NCBI GenBank assembly: GCA_964632485.1
Contig: CAZWDO010000006.1
Coordinates: 62,001 to 126,000, forward strand
Source of the DNA: an uncultured bacterium
GTDB taxonomy: Bacteria; JAGOEH01
Reading direction: 5' to 3'
DNA length: 64,000 bases
Shown piece by piece: positions 28,004-37,604 of the stretch. The translations under genes and the position numbers were made by a program. The stretch's first letter is position 1; every line of letters begins with the position of its first letter. The notes beneath the pieces are model-generated. The model was given only the letters and a program-made list of their open reading frames with translations, did not search any database and was not told the origin of the DNA.

Positions 28004-30094
28004 ATGAAAGAATACAGTGCGGATTTGATACGAAATGTGGCTCTGGTATCTCATTCCGGGTCTGGAAAAACGTCGGTAGCGGAAGCGTTGATGTTTGTTT
28101 CTGGAGCATCTCATCGATTTGGTCGGGTTGATGATGGTAATTCAATTTCCGATTATAACAAAGATGAGATTGAACGGAAAATTTCTATAAATTCATCGTT
28201 ACTCCATCTCGAATGGAACAAGCATAAGGTCAATCTGATCGATTGCCCCGGCTACATGGATTTTATTGGAGATGCTTATGAAGCGTTGGCAGTTTGCGAA
28301 AATACATGTTTACTGGTCCATGCAGTATCGGGTGTGGAAATCGGTACGGAAATGGCCTGGAATATAGTCCGCGAAAACAATCGTAGCGTTGTTTTTTTTG
28401 TTAATCAAATGGATAAGGAACATGCTAATTATGAAAAAGTGATAGCTGATCTGAAAGATAGATTGGATTCACACATTGTTCCATTACAGCTTCCCATTGA
28501 TCCGGGCATTAATTTTAAGGGCGCTATCAATTTATTGACCGGTAAAGCTCATTATTATGAAAAGGGTAGTGGAACGGTCACAATCAAAGATGTTCCGGCT
28601 GAATTGCAGGATGCCGTTGAGGAAGCTCGATTGGTTCTGATGGAAGCCGCCGCTGAAGCAGATGATGCATTGCTGGAAAAATATCTGGAAGTAGGTGAAT
28701 TGACCAACCAGGAACTCATCCAAGCAGTTAAAACCGGAATTCAAAAGAAAGTTCTTTTCCCGATTTTATATGGTTCCGCTACGGAATTGATCGGAATCCA
28801 GGCTTTGTTGGATGTTTTCTGTACTGAAATGGTTTCTCCGGCAGTGGTTGATAAAGTCAGGGTCATCCAAAAAACGGATAAGGAGCAAATTGAAATTTCC
28901 GTGGGTCCTGATAAAGGCACATTGCTTTTTGTATTTAAGACTTTATCGGAAGCTCATGTGGGCGAACTCTCCTTTGTTAAAGTGATCTCCGGCGCTGTTA
29001 CGAACGGCATGGATTTGTTGAATGTCAGCAATGATCATAGCGAACGAGCGGGTCAGATGTATCTTATGAGTGGTAAAGATCGTAAGGAAGTCGAAAAATT
29101 GGGATATGGTGATATTGGCGCTTTGGTCAAGCTGAAATCAACTCACACCAATAATACATTAGCTGACAAAAAAATGAATAATTATGAGGTTTTGCCGATT
29201 AGTTTTCCCGAACCGACAATACGATCCGCTGTTCAGGGTATGAGTAAAGGTGATGAGGACAAGATCGCTTCCGGATTTACCCGTATTCATGAGGAATCTC
29301 CCACATTTTTATATCTGATGGATCCCGAGCTTAAACAGATTATCATTTCCGGACAGGGCGAATTGCAGCTTGATATTTTATGTAAACGCTTAAAAGATCG
29401 GTTTGGTGTGGAAGTTGAAATGGTACGCCCCAAGATTCCTTACCGGGAAACGATTAAAGGATCCCATACATTGCGCTACCGATATAAAAAGCAATCGGGA
29501 GGGCGTGGCCAGTATGGGGATGTGCAATTAACAGTCAAACCGCTGAAACGGGGCGAAGGGTTCGAATTTGTGGATGGTATTGTGGGCGGCGTTGTCCCCG
29601 GCAAATATGTTCCGGCCGTTGAAAAAGGTGTCCGAGAAACGATGGAAGACGGGATACTGGCCGGTTGCAAAGTTGTCGATATTCAGGTTGAAATCAACGA
29701 CGGTTCCTATCATCCGGTGGATTCTTCCGATATGGCATTTAAAATTGCCGGCTCCATGGCATTGAAAAAGTCTTTTTTAGAGTGCAAACCCATTTTGCTT
29801 GAACCCATTTATCAGATTTTAGTCACCGTTCCTGAAGATTACATGGGCGATGTTATGGGTGACATTTCATCCCGCCGCGGTAAGATTTTAGGTATGGAGG
29901 CCAAAGGCCATTTCCAGGTGATCAAAGCCCTGGTACCTCTGGCTGAACTCTATCGTTATTCCACTTCCCTCCGTTCGATGACCCAGGGGCGTGGTATGCA
30001 CAGTCGCTCTTTTTCACATTATGAAGAAGTGCCGCATGATGTGCAGGATAAAATTGTTGAAGAGGCCAAGAAAGACCGAGAAGAACAAGAATAA
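28004..30094 (+). CDS. fusA: Elongation factor G paralogue (EF-G2-like, outside the str operon)
   Basis: IRNVALVSHSGSGKT, DCPG, GQGELQL, KKQSGGRGQYG, GSYHPVDSS, LRSMTQGRG. No rpsL, rpsG or tuf neighbours. Confidence 0.95.
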   Translation: MKEYSADLIRNVALVSHSGSGKTSVAEALMFVSGASHRFGRVDDGNSISDYNKDEIERKISINSSLLHLEWNKHKVNLIDCPGYMDFIGDAYEALAVCENTCLLVHAVSGVEIGTEMAWNIVRENNRSVVFFVNQMDKEHANYEKVIADLKDRLDSHIVPLQLPIDPGINFKGAINLLTGKAHYYEKGSGTVTIKDVPAELQDAVEEARLVLMEAAAEADDALLEKYLEVGELTNQELIQAVKTGIQKKVLFPILYGSATELIGIQALLDVFCTEMVSPAVVDKVRVIQKTDKEQIEISVGPDKGTLLFVFKTLSEAHVGELSFVKVISGAVTNGMDLLNVSNDHSERAGQMYLMSGKDRKEVEKLGYGDIGALVKLKSTHTNNTLADKKMNNYEVLPISFPEPTIRSAVQGMSKGDEDKIASGFTRIHEESPTFLYLMDPELKQIIISGQGELQLDILCKRLKDRFGVEVEMVRPKIPYRETIKGSHTLRYRYKKQSGGRGQYGDVQLTVKPLKRGEGFEFVDGIVGGVVPGKYVPAVEKGVRETMEDGILAGCKVVDIQVEINDGSYHPVDSSDMAFKIAGSMALKKSFLECKPILLEPIYQILVTVPEDYMGDVMGDISSRRGKILGMEAKGHFQVIKALVPLAELYRYSTSLRSMTQGRGMHSRSFSHYEEVPHDVQDKIVEEAKKDREEQE

Positions 30095-30105
30095 AGGAGA
30101 CATTT

Positions 30106-30843
30106 ATGTCCGGCCATAATAAATGGAGTACCATTAAACGCAAAAAAGAGAAAGTGGATGCGGCCCGTGGGCGCATTTTTACCCGGTTGATTAAAGAGAT
30201 TACAATTGCCGCTCGTATGGGCGGTGGTGATACAGATTCCAATGCGCGTTTGCGGACAGCAGTTTTTAGCGCTAAATCACAAAACATGCCTCAGGATAAT
30301 ATTACCCGCGCTATTAAAAAAGGAACCGGGGAATTACCCGGTATCTCTTACGAAGAAGTAACCTATGAAGGATATGGACCCGGAGGCTGCGCCATTTTGA
30401 TCGAAGCCGTTACGGATAACAAAAATCGTACTACACCGGAAATTCGTCATATCTTCACTAAATATAACGGGAATCTTGGTAATGCGAATTCTGTTTCCTG
30501 GATGTTTTCTAAAAAAGGGAGTATCCAAATACCCAGGGAAAGCGCGACTGAAGACCAACTGTTGGAACTACTGCTTGACGCTGGTGTAGAAGATATCAGC
30601 ATGGATGAAGAGTTCTTCAGCGTAACCACTCCCCCCCAAAGTTTTGAAAGCGCAAAGGCAATTTTGGAAGAGAACAAAATTCCTATTGCCAGTAGCGAAT
30701 TGACGATGATTGCCCAGAATACAAAAAAACTCGAAGGCAAAGAAGCGGAATCAACTTTGAAGTTGATGGACGCAATGGAAGATCAAGAAGACGTCCAAAA
30801 TGTTTTTTCTAATTTTGATATTGATGATGATATGATGGAATAA
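30106..30843 (+). CDS. yebC: YebC/PmpR family protein
   Basis: MSGHNKWSTIKRKK, YEGYGPGG, TDNKNRT, DVQNVFSN. Confidence 0.97.
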   Translation: MSGHNKWSTIKRKKEKVDAARGRIFTRLIKEITIAARMGGGDTDSNARLRTAVFSAKSQNMPQDNITRAIKKGTGELPGISYEEVTYEGYGPGGCAILIEAVTDNKNRTTPEIRHIFTKYNGNLGNANSVSWMFSKKGSIQIPRESATEDQLLELLLDAGVEDISMDEEFFSVTTPPQSFESAKAILEENKIPIASSELTMIAQNTKKLEGKEAESTLKLMDAMEDQEDVQNVFSNFDIDDDMME

Positions 30844-30853
30844 ATTGCGCAAA

Positions 30854-32161
30854 TTATTGGAGCCGGGTTTTAATTTTTAAAAAATTGGAAATTGAAATCT
30901 GGCTCCATAATTGGTTGGGCAGTTCATCTAATGCGCGCAATTGGTTGGCGATTCGATGGTATATAGTTTGATAAGCTTCCCCTTGGGTTAAAAGGGAAAA
31001 CATAGACTCAGTTAATTCAATTTCATTTTTAATTTGTATCCCGATTTGCTGTTTTAAACACCATTCGACATCTGCTTTGCAGTTTTGCGTATAGGGACCA
31101 AAAAGGACGGGTACCTGGCAGAGAACTGGTTCTAAAATATTATGGCCCCCAAAATCGGACAGGGTTCCCCCGACAAATGCCAATGATGCCCGGGAATAAA
31201 ACTTCAACAGTTCCCCCATGCTGTCAATTAATAATACCCGCTTGTCTTGGGCAGTTTCGATCTGTGATCGTAAGGCCCATCCGATTTTTAGTCGGTTTAG
31301 TTTTTCGCTCCAGGGGTTGAGTCGGTTTAAATGCCGGGGAGCGATGATGATCCTTAATTCAGGGAGCGCTTCCGATAATTGGTTGATCACATTCAATATA
31401 ATTGGTTCTTCTTTATCGTGGATGCTGCCGAAAACAACCATCGGCTGATCGCTGCGCCACTGGTCCAGCTCCTCAGGAACGGATTGCCGGTGGATGAGGC
31501 TGTAAATCGCGGCGGTTTTTATATTGGGAACTATGATTACGTTTTCGGGTTTGGCTCCCAGAGCAATAAATCGGTTGCGATCCAATGAAGTCCGGGCCAG
31601 TATCAATTGTGGGGCCTTTAACAGGGGACTCCAAAAAAAACGTGTTTTATAATACCGGTGAAAGGTTCTGTCGGATATGCGGGCATTAATAATTGCGATA
31701 GGTATTCTAAACCAACGACATAATTGGATCATATTCGGCCACAATTCAGTTTCCGCAATAAACAGCGCCTGGGGTCGATTGCGGATAATAAACAAGGCGA
31801 TAACCGGAAGAAAATCCAAAGGCGCCAACTGCGCCCAAACGCTGCTGCTGAAAATTTGTCGAACTCGATTCAGCCCGCTTTCGGTATTGGTAGTTACGAG
31901 CTGAGGAGTATCGGGCAGATGCGTTCGGATCGTGTGGATGGCTAATGAGATCATATTCACTTCTCCCATCGATGCCGCATGGAACCACACAGGAGAACTA
32001 AGTGGTAATTTTGCAACGCTCAGACGAGGCCATAATGCGTGTTTTTTGAGGCGACACCAAAGCCAAATAGGGAGAATGGAAAACACGCCAATCACGCTAA
32101 TCGCCAGATTGTACCCGATCCAAAGACAAATGTAAAAGATGTTGCCGTAAGATGTTCGCAT
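30854..32161 (-). CDS. waaA: 3-deoxy-D-manno-octulosonic acid transferase
   Basis: WFHAASMGE, ETELWPN, INARIS, APRH, AFVGG, GGHNILEP. The start could be 32161 or 32206. Confidence 0.93.
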   Translation of the reverse strand: MRTSYGNIFYICLWIGYNLAISVIGVFSILPIWLWCRLKKHALWPRLSVAKLPLSSPVWFHAASMGEVNMISLAIHTIRTHLPDTPQLVTTNTESGLNRVRQIFSSSVWAQLAPLDFLPVIALFIIRNRPQALFIAETELWPNMIQLCRWFRIPIAIINARISDRTFHRYYKTRFFWSPLLKAPQLILARTSLDRNRFIALGAKPENVIIVPNIKTAAIYSLIHRQSVPEELDQWRSDQPMVVFGSIHDKEEPIILNVINQLSEALPELRIIIAPRHLNRLNPWSEKLNRLKIGWALRSQIETAQDKRVLLIDSMGELLKFYSRASLAFVGGTLSDFGGHNILEPVLCQVPVLFGPYTQNCKADVEWCLKQQIGIQIKNEIELTESMFSLLTQGEAYQTIYHRIANQLRALDELPNQLWSQISISNFLKIKTRLQ

Positions 32162-32750
32162 AATATGATATATCCTGTCCGGTTTGAAGACGAAAGGGAG
32201 GTCCAATGTTTATTTGAATATGAGCAAAAGGCAATGGTATCATAAAACGGTCCCATGAGTGAAGATAAATGGCGTTTTTGGCAGCCAGTCTGATGGGGAT
32301 GATCGGTCTGCCCGTTTTTAATGCCAGAAAAACGATGCCGGGTTGGACTTCATGACGGGGGCCCTTGGGGCCATCGGGGGTTATTCCCCAATCATTATTC
32401 TCTTCTTGAAGTGAATGCAGCAAGCGTAATATCCCTCTAACTCCATGGCGGGAGCTGGATCCCCGCGCGAGCGTGAACCCCATGCGTTCAATCACACGGG
32501 CCACCAGCTCACCGTCTTTACTCTCACTGACAAGAACACGCGCCTGACGGCGGCGATAGTTGAAAATCAAAGGAAATAGTTCCCCATGCCAGAATGCAAA
32601 TATCACCGGTCGCTTTTTATTTCGCCGTATCCATTGAGTTTCTCCAGCGCAATGAATGCTCCAACTAAAACCGATAATATAAACGATTAATGAGATTAGC
32701 GATGTATAGAGTTTCCAGAGAAACCGATGAAAACAGTTAAGATAGCGCAT
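32097..32750 (-). CDS. DUF374 / lysophospholipid acyltransferase-family protein
   Basis: FAFWHG, SESKDGE, RGSSSRHG, ITPDGPKGP, SWDRFMIPLPF. Lies between lpxB and waaA. Confidence 0.9.
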   Translation of the reverse strand: MRYLNCFHRFLWKLYTSLISLIVYIIGFSWSIHCAGETQWIRRNKKRPVIFAFWHGELFPLIFNYRRRQARVLVSESKDGELVARVIERMGFTLARGSSSRHGVRGILRLLHSLQEENNDWGITPDGPKGPRHEVQPGIVFLALKTGRPIIPIRLAAKNAIYLHSWDRFMIPLPFAHIQINIGPPFRLQTGQDISYYANILRQHLLHLSLDRVQSGD

Positions 32751-33891
32751 GAGAGGAGTCTTGTTGGAATTGAAAAATCAAATTGGCCGCCCGGATCGCT
32801 GCTCCCGGCTCTCCCAGTTGCTTTCTCACTTCTATAAGGGCCCGGCAGGTATCTTGATATAGGTCGTGTTGGCCGCGAATCGTATGGATAAATTCTACCA
32901 GATTAGTGGTATTCGCCTCACGCTGAATGAATTCGGGAACAATCTTTTTGCCGGCAATCAAGTTGACAATTCCAATATACGGCACTTTGATTAATTGGCG
33001 GGCAATATAATACGTGAGTGGATTGACGCGATAAACAATTGCCATGGGCCGTGTGAATATCGCGGCTTCTAATACCGCCGTGCCTGAAGCTGTTATAACG
33101 GCGGATGTGGTCGCCAATGCGTTGTAATAATCCTCGGTACTGATTAGGTGTCTGTTTCCTTCTGACCCGAGAGGAACCAATTGCCAATATTCTGGGGGAA
33201 TCGTATTGGCTTGGGGTATCAACCAATGGATATCCGGGTCCTTAACATCTTCCATTACTTTTATGTATAGGGGCATAAGCTGTTCGACCTCATGAATGCG
33301 GCTGCCGGGTTGCAGGTTGATACAGTAAGCGGTAGGAGGTATCTGGTATTTTTGACGAAAAGAAGCCGTGAATTCTGTGTGATTTAATTGATCTAACAGC
33401 GGATGTCCGACGAAATGAGCAGTAATTCCAAATCGTCGATAAAAATCAACTTCGAAGGGTAAAATTACAATCAGTAAATCCACACAGTTACGGATGATTT
33501 TTACCCGTTTCTGTCCCCAAGCCCAAAGCTGTGGGCTTATATAATAAATAATTTGTAAGCCGCGCTTTTTTAACTTCTTAGCCAGCCGCAGGTTGAAGCC
33601 CGGATAATCGATTAGAATAACAGTTGTTATCTGTTTTTCACTAACGATATCCAGAATAGCGCGAAACACCTTTGAAATTTTATTCAGGTGCTTGATTACT
33701 TCCCAAAATCCCATGAAAGCCATTTCACTGTTGTGAACAAGAATTGACATTCCCTGTCGTTGCAACAAGGGTCCGCCAATTCCGAAAAAGCGGTAAGTGG
33801 GATCAAGAGCCAGCAATTCTTTAACTAACAGGCTGCCGTGCAGGTCTCCGGAAGCTTCGCCGGCAATTAATAAAACATTATTGTTATTCAT
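32737..33891 (-). CDS. lpxB: Lipid-A-disaccharide synthase
   Basis: IAGEASGDLHG, IDYPGFN, YYISPQLWAW, ILPFE, VGHPL, PGSR, SGTA.LE. Confidence 0.96.
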   Translation of the reverse strand: MNNNNVLLIAGEASGDLHGSLLVKELLALDPTYRFFGIGGPLLQRQGMSILVHNSEMAFMGFWEVIKHLNKISKVFRAILDIVSEKQITTVILIDYPGFNLRLAKKLKKRGLQIIYYISPQLWAWGQKRVKIIRNCVDLLIVILPFEVDFYRRFGITAHFVGHPLLDQLNHTEFTASFRQKYQIPPTAYCINLQPGSRIHEVEQLMPLYIKVMEDVKDPDIHWLIPQANTIPPEYWQLVPLGSEGNRHLISTEDYYNALATTSAVITASGTAVLEAAIFTRPMAIVYRVNPLTYYIARQLIKVPYIGIVNLIAGKKIVPEFIQREANTTNLVEFIHTIRGQHDLYQDTCRALIEVRKQLGEPGAAIRAANLIFQFQQDSSHALS

Positions 33892-34630
33892 GGAGTTGCC
33901 ATTTATCGATGAGAGTATTAACGGCGTAGGCGGCAGCCCAGGCGCCCATAATTATCGGAATAAAAGGAGTGGAACCAATAGTTTGTCGAATTCTTCCCGT
34001 TTCTTCCCGATGATTTGATTGCTCTTCACGATCAGGGTTGCAAGTGGGAGCGGGAGTTTCAAGGGAATGGATAACGGGGATACCCTGGTTTATCCCCCTG
34101 CGGCGCAGAAATTTGCGCATTCGGCTGGCCAGAGGGCAATTGCGAGTTTCAAACAGATCGCTTTGTTGGACGTCTGCCGGACGCCGCCGACCACCCGCTC
34201 CCATACAACTTATCACAGGAATTCCATGTTCATGGCACCAGACCAGCAAGTTTACTTTTGGGTTGCAACCATCGATGGCATCGACTACAAAATCAACTGT
34301 CGGCTGGAGATACCGGTTAAACTCTTCACGCGCCATTTCGGTAAAAATAGTCAGTCTGATCTCTGGGTTGATCTGTATAAAACGTTGAGCGGCGACTTCA
34401 GTTTTAGGTATCCCAACCGTTGTGTCAAGCGATAAAATTTGACGGTTTTGATTGGTCGAGTGGATTTTGTCAAAATCAACGAGAATAAGATGTCCGACAC
34501 CGCTCCGGGTCAGACATTCCGCGGCAGCGCCTCCGACTCCACCCAGTCCAAATACTGCAACGGATGCGCTTTGCAATCGCTGGATTACTGGCGCGCCAAA
34601 AACCATCTGATTGCGGCTAAACCGGTTCAT
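33884..34630 (-). CDS. tcdA: tRNA threonylcarbamoyladenosine dehydratase (ThiF family)
   Basis: Probable start MNRFSR (34630), VFGLGGVG, D.D....TNQNRQ, VDAID, SCMGAG, CPLA..MRK.LR. Confidence 0.88.
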   Translation of the reverse strand: MNRFSRNQMVFGAPVIQRLQSASVAVFGLGGVGGAAAECLTRSGVGHLILVDFDKIHSTNQNRQILSLDTTVGIPKTEVAAQRFIQINPEIRLTIFTEMAREEFNRYLQPTVDFVVDAIDGCNPKVNLLVWCHEHGIPVISCMGAGGRRRPADVQQSDLFETRNCPLASRMRKFLRRRGINQGIPVIHSLETPAPTCNPDREEQSNHREETGRIRQTIGSTPFIPIIMGAWAAAYAVNTLIDKWQLHE

Positions 34631-37343
34631 TCTCGGTTTCCGGCCAATCATTGGCAAATACGCCGGCGCATACCAATTCTTCCTTGTTAAATACATAATA
34701 ATCACCGTAATGCAGTGGATTGAACCATAACGACGGTGTGACGAAGATCGGTGGGATTACATCCGGATTGGATATCAGGTAGCATACAATTTCACGGCGG
34801 GGATTAAAGGGATTGTAGTAATGGAAAAAAGCCTGGATCGGCGATCCATGAATCTCCTGGCCAAAAAATGATAACCGCTGGGAATTAAAATCGATATTTA
34901 GTTTTTTCAGTAATTTATCAATGTGAATATTGGATTCAGGCGAGCCGATTAAAATAATATTGCCCAAAGTATCATCGGCTAAATCAATCGTTTCTGCGGG
35001 CCGTATCGGAAAATTTATATGTTCCAAGCCGGGAATATAAGTTAAATTTGTTAAAAATCGTTTCATTTTTTTGTCAATATTGTTGCTGATGACAAATGTG
35101 TGCCATTCCTTGAATGCTTGGTAGATACCCTGTCGGGGAGGATAAATCAGTTCAGGGGTATATTTGGTGATGCGCTCGATTCGCATATCATCGATTTCGT
35201 ATATCAGATCCTTAATTATTTTGCGGGGAACTTCCGCAGGTAGGCCGTTGATGTACAGATTGGTTTGATGCGTTAAGTTGATCATATTTTTATTGATTTG
35301 CAGAAAATGTACATTACGTGTTTGAATGTAAATCATGTCGCCCTGTTGATGCGCTTCCACTCGAATTGAATCGCGATAATGGCGCGGTTTTAGAATTTCA
35401 AAGCATCCGAACGAATTATGGGTAATGTCGCTGGTTTGATAAATATGATTGAGCTCCGATATTGGATGTTTTTGATGCTGAAGCAGCAGATTGAGTACAA
35501 AATCATGGTCAAAAGCGGTTTCCCAGATATTGTGGTTTACATTTGTCATTTCAACATAGATTTTGTTGTAACCCAAAGATTGGAGGTCTCGGGCCAGTTT
35601 TCGAGAATGCTCCACGGAAAGCACTGAATCGTTACTGCCGTGAAAAATATAAAGAGGGATATCTTTCAGATTTTCCAGGTAATTATTGTAGTCATAGAGA
35701 TAAAGTAGTTTTCGTTGTTCTTCCGAAAGTTCCGACATGTTTTGTTGTGGAATGAGGCGTTCCAGATCATAAGCCGGACATAGAATTGCCCCGGCAGCAA
35801 AAAGATTGGGATAATGGGAAAGAAAATAGAGAGCCCCTGTGCCTCCCATTGAAATGCCGGTAATATAAATGCGGTTTTCATTGATTGAATAATTTTGACG
35901 TACCAGCTCCATTGAATGGAAAAAATCATCTTCTGCATAGCTATCATATCCAATCGAACCGAATCCATTGATGCTCAGTACTATGTAATCTCTTTCCGGA
36001 ACTTCTATCGATTCACGCAGCGAATAGTACTCGCTTTCTTCATGACCGCTGCTAAGTCCCAGCAAGCGAAGCAGATGCAAATAATGATTCGAGCCATAAC
36101 CATGGAGTCCAATGACCAGGGGGTATTTTTTTTCAGGGTTATAGGATGGTGGGATGTACAGGGAGAATGGGATCGGGGCCATCGTGTGAGGATGATAATA
36201 CGCGCACCGTAAATAACCCCGTCGGTCAGTATAGGGATTTTTGCCTTTTTCCAGATCAGTAAGTATCTGGTCGATTTCCTGGCTCAATTCTTTCATCATA
36301 TTATAGTCTTTAATCCCATTTACAAGATCGGTCCATATCTCTTCTAAAAATGTGATCTGGTACTCTACCGTGGGTAATATATCGTGAAACAACTGATTTT
36401 TCTTCTGGTTGGTAATATGTATGTCTTTTAAAGACTTCAACCGTTTGTTATAGAGTTGGATCACCCGATCGAAATCTGAATCCAATACAAAAAAGCCGAC
36501 ATTCTTTTTTTCATTGTGCAGCAAGCTGAAAAAAACCAGATTAATATTATAAAAACCGGGAGCCAGCTCTAATTCAACCCGATTAAAATTAAAACGAAAT
36601 ACGCTAAGGGGGAGGTGTTTGAGTTTTCGTTCGAAACAAACCCGGTTATCTTCTGTTGTGATCTGAATCGATGCGTTCATCGATTCGGGAAAAACGCATG
36701 AGTTTAAATCAGAATGCAAAATCAGATTCAGTTCATCCATATTACGGATATTGCGGGTTTGCATATCGACCTGCAGTGAGTTGAATAGCGAGTGGTGGGC
36801 AAAATGAATGTCATCAAGTTCATAGGGGATATGGACTTTATAGTCTTTTAGCGGTTGATTGCTATGATTTGTCAGTTTAAGTGAAAAATCCCAATGGGTG
36901 TTGACCTGGATTACTTCCAATAGTAAATAATTCAATCCTTCCTTGAAGGTTATGGCAAGATTGAACGGATCCGTTTCAAAATAATTTCGACCCTGGCTGA
37001 AATCGGCCAATAAATGGTTATTATACCAGATTTTAAGGCCTGCGCGGCCAATATGCTCCATTATTGCATTCGTATCGGAATTGAATTCCAAACAGACTAA
37101 TGCCATAACAGTGGCATTGCAACTGTATGTATTAAATTTGGGATAGAAATCGATTGTGGGAAGGGAGGAATGCAAAAAAAACCAATGATCCCGATGGTTA
37201 AATAAATATTCATCCACATGGTCGATCTTTTTGAGTATCTCCATGCGCGCCTGACGAATAAAAAATGGATCCACCATTGGATTCGAACAGATGAAGGTTG
37301 CCAAATACCCTTCCCGCGAGTCATTAAAGGTTAAAAATGCCAT
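34617..37343 (-). CDS. 908-aa multidomain alpha/beta-hydrolase (prolyl-oligopeptidase/esterase-like)
   Basis: YIPPSYNPEKKYPLVIGLHG, RIYITGISMGG, FHGSND, HNIW. Has an N-terminal beta-rich domain (KIWYN...GLNYLLLEV.Q...WDFS) and no signal peptide. Confidence 0.85.
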   Translation of the reverse strand: MAFLTFNDSREGYLATFICSNPMVDPFFIRQARMEILKKIDHVDEYLFNHRDHWFFLHSSLPTIDFYPKFNTYSCNATVMALVCLEFNSDTNAIMEHIGRAGLKIWYNNHLLADFSQGRNYFETDPFNLAITFKEGLNYLLLEVIQVNTHWDFSLKLTNHSNQPLKDYKVHIPYELDDIHFAHHSLFNSLQVDMQTRNIRNMDELNLILHSDLNSCVFPESMNASIQITTEDNRVCFERKLKHLPLSVFRFNFNRVELELAPGFYNINLVFFSLLHNEKKNVGFFVLDSDFDRVIQLYNKRLKSLKDIHITNQKKNQLFHDILPTVEYQITFLEEIWTDLVNGIKDYNMMKELSQEIDQILTDLEKGKNPYTDRRGYLRCAYYHPHTMAPIPFSLYIPPSYNPEKKYPLVIGLHGYGSNHYLHLLRLLGLSSGHEESEYYSLRESIEVPERDYIVLSINGFGSIGYDSYAEDDFFHSMELVRQNYSINENRIYITGISMGGTGALYFLSHYPNLFAAGAILCPAYDLERLIPQQNMSELSEEQRKLLYLYDYNNYLENLKDIPLYIFHGSNDSVLSVEHSRKLARDLQSLGYNKIYVEMTNVNHNIWETAFDHDFVLNLLLQHQKHPISELNHIYQTSDITHNSFGCFEILKPRHYRDSIRVEAHQQGDMIYIQTRNVHFLQINKNMINLTHQTNLYINGLPAEVPRKIIKDLIYEIDDMRIERITKYTPELIYPPRQGIYQAFKEWHTFVISNNIDKKMKRFLTNLTYIPGLEHINFPIRPAETIDLADDTLGNIILIGSPESNIHIDKLLKKLNIDFNSQRLSFFGQEIHGSPIQAFFHYYNPFNPRREIVCYLISNPDVIPPIFVTPSLWFNPLHYGDYYVFNKEELVCAGVFANDWPETENEPV

Positions 37344-37491
37344 GAATTCTCCTTTTTATTTATAGTAGGATAACCAGTAATTTTCATTTTATTTTACGGA
37401 TAGATTTAATCATTGATTACACTGGCTTAAAGAATTAACCGAATGTGTAATCAATATGCTGGAAAAACTATTGAACCATATTTCATTTTCA

Positions 37492-37520
37492 ATTATAATA
37501 AAAAAAATGAGGAATGTCAA
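37492..37520 (-). promoter_or_regulatory. Consensus sigma70 promoter for the hydrolase-tcdA-lpxB run
   Basis: TTGACA-N17-TATAAT on the minus strand. Confidence 0.7.
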
Positions 37521-37604
37521 GGGGGGAATCTTGATTTTACTTGATTTTTTTTTACTATTCACCTATATTCTTTAGATTTTAAACAGGGAAAGGAAAATTA
37601 TGCC

